A DNA stretch of 49,194 nucleotides, from IMG/VR virus record IMGVR_UViG_3300032318_001844, positions 1-49,194 of that record; one strand, written 5' to 3'. The number at the start of each line of letters is the position of its first letter. The first letter of the stretch is position 1. This document shows positions 45,095 to 49,194 of the stretch, piece after piece. A program made the translations under genes and the position numbers. The notes under the pieces are model-generated. The model was not told where the DNA came from and did no database searches. It saw only the letters and a program-made list of their open reading frames with translations. Source of the stretch: a virus. Taxonomy: Duplodnaviria; Caudoviricetes.

Positions 45095-45732
45095 CCGAAG
45101 CAACGCTCGAATCCGCCAACGCCGCACTCCGCAACGCCGTCGAGTCACGCCTCGCTGGACGATCACCGATGGCGGCGAGCCTGGAGGGATGCCCGCCTGC
45201 ACTGGAGGCGGCGACGAGAGCGCTGAGCGACGCGGCAACCACCGAAGAATCATCGGAGGTCTACGCGGAGTGGACGCCGCCCGAATACGCCACGCGCGTC
45301 GAAGCGGTCAAAGGTTTCGCCCGGCTCGTCGAGGAGGCAAGGCCCGCGCGGGTCGCGAGGACGCCCCGGCCCGGCGTCACCGAGAAGTTCGGCACTGGAG
45401 CGGTTCGCTCGGATGCCGTCGAGGAGTTTCGGTATGACCTCGTCTCGCCGATCGGACTTCGCGAGGTTGCTCGTGCGTGTGCAGAGGGTGCCGCGAAATA
45501 TTCCGATTTCAACTGGGAGCGCGGTATGCCCGTGCATGACCTGCTCAACCACGCGATCGCCCACGTCTACGCGTTCCTGAGTGGCGACCGCAGCGAGCCG
45601 CACCTCGGCCACGCGGCGTGGAACCTGCTGTCTGCGATCCACTCGCACGAACTCTGGCCGCATCTCAACGACGGTCACCTGCGTCAGCCTGGGTGCAGGC
45701 TCCCAGCGGAGGCCCGCAATGCCACGTCATGA
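45091..45732 (+). CDS. dATP/dGTP diphosphohydrolase-domain protein (DUF5664-like)
   Basis: F.TGAVRS...RYDLVS, GAAKYSDFNWERG, HLGHAAWN. Confidence 0.8.
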   Translation: MTEATLESANAALRNAVESRLAGRSPMAASLEGCPPALEAATRALSDAATTEESSEVYAEWTPPEYATRVEAVKGFARLVEEARPARVARTPRPGVTEKFGTGAVRSDAVEEFRYDLVSPIGLREVARACAEGAAKYSDFNWERGMPVHDLLNHAIAHVYAFLSGDRSEPHLGHAAWNLLSAIHSHELWPHLNDGHLRQPGCRLPAEARNATS

Positions 45733-45904
45733 GCACCCTCCGCTCACCGAGGACGACCTCGCCCAGATCGAGCACCGCGCCCGGCGGTTCAGCGGTGCCT
45801 ACACCGGCACGAGCGGCACGCTCGCGGGCGACGTGATCCGCCTACTCGCGGAGCGGGCGAGGTTGCTCGCCATCATCGCCGTGCTCCAGAGCGAGGACGC
45901 GTGA
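45719..45904 (+). CDS. Hypothetical protein
   Basis: GGAGG RBS; coupled. Confidence 0.6.
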   Translation: MPRHEHPPLTEDDLAQIEHRARRFSGAYTGTSGTLAGDVIRLLAERARLLAIIAVLQSEDA

Positions 45905-46134
45905 TGTTCGGCGACCTGCGGCGACGCATCGAGCAGTTGGAGTCGGTCGTCTCGATCATGGCTGTGAATCAGCGCACGATGGCCGAGTCGATGAAGACGC
46001 TCGTGGAATCGGCGAACCAGAACGCCGACCACTGCAACAGAAATTTCACGTCGATCGTGGCGTCTCTGCAGCAGATCGTCGATCGGCTCGCCGAGGACGC
46101 TAGCGACGATTGGTGGAAGCGCCCGCAGGACTGA
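45901..46134 (+). CDS. Hypothetical coiled-coil protein
   Basis: GTGA overlap. Confidence 0.6.
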   Translation: MMFGDLRRRIEQLESVVSIMAVNQRTMAESMKTLVESANQNADHCNRNFTSIVASLQQIVDRLAEDASDDWWKRPQD

Positions 46135-46144
46135 CCCATGGCGG

Positions 46145-46189
46145 CCGGGTGCGGCGGCGCGAGTCCTCCTCCGCTCGCGCCGCCCCCGG
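46145..46189. terminator. GC-rich hairpin between convergent genes
   Basis: GGCGGCGCGAG 46153-46163 / CTCGCGCCGCC 46174-46184; no U-tract. Confidence 0.5.
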
Positions 46190-46193
46190 TCTG

Positions 46194-47342
46194 TCAGGCC
46201 GCGTCGCCCTGACCGGCGATCCACCCGTCGAGCAGACCCCGGCTGAACGCCGCCACGTCTTCCGGCTCGATACCCGCAGCCGCCGCCAGGGCGTCGTGCT
46301 GAGCCCGTGGTGGGCAGGCGAGCCCTCGGGCAGCCATCGATCGCCCGACCGACGCACCGGCTTCTACGGGGCCGCTGGACGCCCGTGCAGCCGTGGGCGG
46401 CTCCGGGGCCGGTGGCGGGGCTGGGCGGGCCGTGCGTCGCTCGCTAGGGAGCTTGGGCAGGAGGTCGAGCGGGTCCGCTCCACCGACGATCTCGGCCACA
46501 AGGTAGTGCTGGCGCGTCGTGGACGGGTCGCTGTGCGAGAGGTACTCCGTGGCGTCGCCGCCAGCCGCCGCGACGTAGGAGCCTGCCGCCTTGCGGATCG
46601 GATGGAAGCCGTGGACGGCGACGCCCGCCGTATCCCCGAGCAGCTTCAGCGAGATCCAAAGCGATGCCGGTAGGCGGTGCTCAAGCCACGGCCAGACGAG
46701 CTCGTCGTCGCCCCTCCGGTGCTTTCCGAGCAGTCGGGCGAGCTCGGGCGTGATGGACCGCACGATTGTCTTCGTGCCCCCCTTCCTGCCGCTGCCGTCA
46801 TACGTGATGCGACGGGCGTCGAGATCAACGTCTCGCCAGCGGAGGGCGAGGAGCCCGCCGATCCGCTCGGCGGTCTGCCACGCGGCTTGCAGGATGGTCA
46901 CCCAGAACCACCACGCAGGGACCGGGCCGACATCGCCGCGTCTGCGTCTGGCCGCTTTGACGAGCGCGTCGATCTCCTCCAGGCGGTAGCCTTTCGGTGG
47001 GCGCAGCGACACCTTGACGAGACCTCGCGGGAGGTCAGGGTGCTCGATCAGCACGCCGTCGGATCGCGTGAGCCGCTTCTTCGCCGCGTGCGTCCAGAGC
47101 GCCGACAGGTGGGAGATGTCCTTCTTGACGGTCGCCGGTCGCGGCAACTTGCCTCGCCAGTGACGATCCTCGGCTCGCCACTTCGCGAACCGCGCGAGCG
47201 TCATGTCGTCGAGGTCATCGAGCGTCGCCGGTCGCCCGAGGAACGCATCGAACCGGTCGAGCGTAGAGGACAGAAGGGCCGTCGTGCGGTCCTTGAGTCC
47301 ATGCCGAGTTGAGTACACCGAGAGAAGATCACGCAGAGTCAT
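46194..47342 (-). CDS. int: Tyrosine recombinase/integrase
   Basis: Catalytic R (AERIG), K (RKGG), HxxR (HPIR), H (LSHSD), Y (HYL); GGAGG RBS. Confidence 0.88.
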   Translation of the reverse strand: MTLRDLLSVYSTRHGLKDRTTALLSSTLDRFDAFLGRPATLDDLDDMTLARFAKWRAEDRHWRGKLPRPATVKKDISHLSALWTHAAKKRLTRSDGVLIEHPDLPRGLVKVSLRPPKGYRLEEIDALVKAARRRRGDVGPVPAWWFWVTILQAAWQTAERIGGLLALRWRDVDLDARRITYDGSGRKGGTKTIVRSITPELARLLGKHRRGDDELVWPWLEHRLPASLWISLKLLGDTAGVAVHGFHPIRKAAGSYVAAAGGDATEYLSHSDPSTTRQHYLVAEIVGGADPLDLLPKLPSERRTARPAPPPAPEPPTAARASSGPVEAGASVGRSMAARGLACPPRAQHDALAAAAGIEPEDVAAFSRGLLDGWIAGQGDAA

Positions 47343-47488
47343 CGCCACGCCTCCGTATCTAGATGGGACTAGTATACGGGCGACCACTGGAACCTCTGTC
47401 TACCATGCCCTCCGCTCAAAAGATCGCCCGTAGGACTTAAAACTCTAGGAGAGTCCGAGTCCTACGGGCAAGGCGACGAAGCGGCGAT

Positions 47489-47516
47489 TTGACCGCCAAA
47501 TCCCGCTAAGTATGAT
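47489..47516 (+). promoter_or_regulatory. Sigma70-like promoter, probably producing a leaderless mRNA
   Basis: TTGACC-N16-TATGAT; ATG at 47523. Confidence 0.65.
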
Positions 47517-47522
47517 TTGGGC

Positions 47523-47798
47523 ATGGTCTCAATGGCGCACAATATCGACGGCGAACCGCACATGACGATCGCGGAGGCGGTCGATTTCATGGGCTGCACC
47601 GACGGTTGGGTTCGAGCTCTCCTCCGCGAGGGCAAGCTTCGCGGGCAGCGGCTCGGGGAGCGGCTCTGGCTCGTCTCGGTGAGCTCGGCCACGGAGCAGC
47701 GCGACGCCTTGACCACCAGAGCGGCCGGGAAACGGCATCTTGCCAAGCGTCCCGCAGCCAAGCGGGCGAAGAAAAAGACCGCCAAGCGGCGGAAGTAG
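47523..47798 (+). CDS. HTH_17/excisionase-like DNA-binding protein with basic tail
   Basis: MTIAEAVDFMGCTDGWVRALLREGKLRG.RLG..WLV; divergent from int. Confidence 0.8.
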   Translation: MVSMAHNIDGEPHMTIAEAVDFMGCTDGWVRALLREGKLRGQRLGERLWLVSVSSATEQRDALTTRAAGKRHLAKRPAAKRAKKKTAKRRK

Positions 47799-47846
47799 GC
47801 GTTTTCCCCCGCGAAAACGCCCCCAAAAAAATCTTTTCTCATCCCC

Positions 47847-47875
47847 TTGACGCCTAACTACCGATAGCCTATAGT
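47847..47875 (+). promoter_or_regulatory. Sigma70-like early promoter overlapping an operator-like repeat
   Basis: TTGACG-N17-TATAGT with an upstream A/T tract; CTACCGATAGCCTA in the spacer/-10. Confidence 0.75.
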
Positions 47876-47931
47876 ACCCCCAGACGCGAGCGAATGAGAC
47901 TCGCGGAGACAAACGCAAGGGAGACCGAACG

Positions 47932-48135
47932 ATGGAAACGATCATCCTCAAGAATCGGAAGTACACGGTGGCTCAGGAGCTCGGAGTTGGCGTCAACGTC
48001 GCCCGCGAGCTCGGGATCATTCGCCAGTGCATCATCGAAGGCGTGCAGGGCTCGACCTTGCTTCTGCAAGTGTTCGCCAACGGCACTCGTCGCACGATCA
48101 ACGCGGTCGGCAACCGCGTCACCTACTACCGCTGA
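47932..48135 (+). CDS. Hypothetical early protein
   Basis: AGGGAG RBS; first ORF after the promoter. Confidence 0.6.
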   Translation: METIILKNRKYTVAQELGVGVNVARELGIIRQCIIEGVQGSTLLLQVFANGTRRTINAVGNRVTYYR

Positions 48136-48202
48136 CCAACCACCCCGCCCGCTGGCACCTGGGCCAGCGGGCACGACACCACGAGACGAAAGGGAACGAA
48201 CG

Positions 48203-48394
48203 ATGACCATCACGCTAGACACCCGGCCCAAGTTTCTTGCCATGCTCGATGCCTTGCAGCAATACATCGACAACTGCAACGACGCCGAGTTTCTGATCGA
48301 CAACGGCGAGCTCGATGAGTTCTATCGCAAGATCGCAGCCGCCGAGGAAATGCGGGATCAACTTGACGCCACGTTGGCGTCGAGTGCGAACTGA
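48203..48394 (+). CDS. Hypothetical early protein
   Basis: AAGGGA RBS; ATG at 48203. Confidence 0.6.
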   Translation: MTITLDTRPKFLAMLDALQQYIDNCNDAEFLIDNGELDEFYRKIAAAEEMRDQLDATLASSAN

Positions 48395-48422
48395 CCGACA
48401 ACACGAAGACAAGGACAACGCC

Positions 48423-48602
48423 GTGACCACCACCTACCGCATCAAGAAGATCTCCGACCCTCGCAGCCGTGGCACGTGCTACTGGTTCGAGATCCTCGCT
48501 CAGCGTGGCGATGATCGATGGAGCGTCGGCACCTACGACACGTCGGACGAGGCCCGCGAGGCGCTCGTCCAGATTCGGGCGGCGACCGCCGCGACGGTTT
48601 GA
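48423..48602 (+). CDS. Hypothetical early protein
   Basis: AAGGA RBS; GTG at 48423. Confidence 0.55.
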   Translation: MTTTYRIKKISDPRSRGTCYWFEILAQRGDDRWSVGTYDTSDEAREALVQIRAATAATV

Positions 48603-48634
48603 TCCCACCACCACCGGGCAAGGAGGCCCACGCC

Positions 48635-48706
48635 ATGAACCCGACGATCTGGATCGAGCTCGCAATCGTCCTGCTCCGCATTCTCGCTGCCGGACTTGCC
48701 GATTGA
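48635..48706 (+). CDS. 23-aa hydrophobic peptide
   Basis: AAGGAGG RBS; MNPTIWIELAIVLLRILAAGLAD. Confidence 0.6.
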   Translation: MNPTIWIELAIVLLRILAAGLAD

Positions 48707-48761
48707 CCCACCTACCGATAGCCTACAGCCAAACTACCGCTAGCGATTCTGCGTTCGGTCC

Positions 48762-48789
48762 TTGACACTAGTGAACATCTGTATACCAT
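48762..48789 (+). promoter_or_regulatory. Sigma70-like promoter
   Basis: TTGACA-N16-TACCAT downstream of two operator-like repeats. Confidence 0.6.
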
Positions 48790-48817
48790 CGCCCCACCAC
48801 GAAAAGGAGCATCCCCC

Positions 48818-49111
48818 ATGTCGCTGATTTCGTCAACCCGCCACCCCGGTGACGCCGAGGCCCACGCCGCAGGCGAGTACCTCGCCGAGCTCTACGGCTC
48901 GCCCGCGCAGGGCGAGGGCCGCTGGGTCAACGGTCGCCTCGTCTCAACCTACGCGGTCGGCGACTCGGTGAACGTCGCCTTCAAGGACGGCCGTCGCCGC
49001 TGCGTGGTCATCGAGGCGCTCGACGACAACCGCTACCACGTCGTCGAGCACCTGCCCGGCGGAGGTCGCAGGCACCACGAGATCGACGGCGACGCGATCG
49101 CGACTTTTTGA
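48818..49111 (+). CDS. Hypothetical protein (SH3-like C-terminal part); 3' end uncertain
   Basis: AAGGAG RBS; the stop lies in the terminal overlap, where the copy at 1-38 reads TGC instead of TGA. Confidence 0.6.
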   Translation: MSLISSTRHPGDAEAHAAGEYLAELYGSPAQGEGRWVNGRLVSTYAVGDSVNVAFKDGRRRCVVIEALDDNRYHVVEHLPGGGRRHHEIDGDAIATF

Positions 49112-49138
49112 AAAACCGTGGCGGAAATGGCCTGGGGG

Positions 49139-49194
<56 letters not shown>

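Noticed and set aside
45091-45732. 2-aminoadenine (Z) genome
   Set aside because: No PurZ or dedicated DNA polymerase recognised.
47798-47821. Inverted repeats at 47798-47821 and 48147-48172 as intrinsic terminators
   Set aside because: Neither has a directly following U-tract, so function cannot be assigned.

Overview
The window is an essentially complete, circular ~49.1 kb genome of a high-GC temperate siphovirus-type (HK97-fold) bacteriophage. Bases 49104-49141 repeat bases 1-38 (34/38 identical), and the terminal poly-G looks like a sequencing artefact. Almost every gene is on the + strand; the tyrosine integrase is the exception. Module order: recombination/replication (Sak4-like ATPase, SSB-like, HNH, DUF1376 initiator with internal iterons, LexA-type HTH, DnaN clamp); IbrB/IbrA cassette; secreted trypsin-like protease; RusA, a methyltransferase and glycosyltransferases; a putative lysis block built around a papain-like protease; fibre proteins; GDP-fucose synthesis (fcl, gmd); HNHs; terminase; portal; prohead protease; capsid; head-tail and tail genes with a -1 frameshift chaperone and tape measure; a metallophosphoesterase/dNTP-pyrophosphatase block; integrase and the switch region. 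The most interesting signals are: (1) a sigma70-like promoter whose 17-bp spacer is a poly-C tract, driving a GGA-rich CsrB/RsmZ-like RNA; (2) two fixed-spacing promoter motif families, one of which links the dispersed glycosylation genes; (3) a portal carrying extra HAD-phosphatase and SH3/Tudor-like domains behind capsid-like protease sites; (4) no recognisable classical endolysin, with proteases instead. All calls come from motif reading by eye, without database searches. The host is not established.
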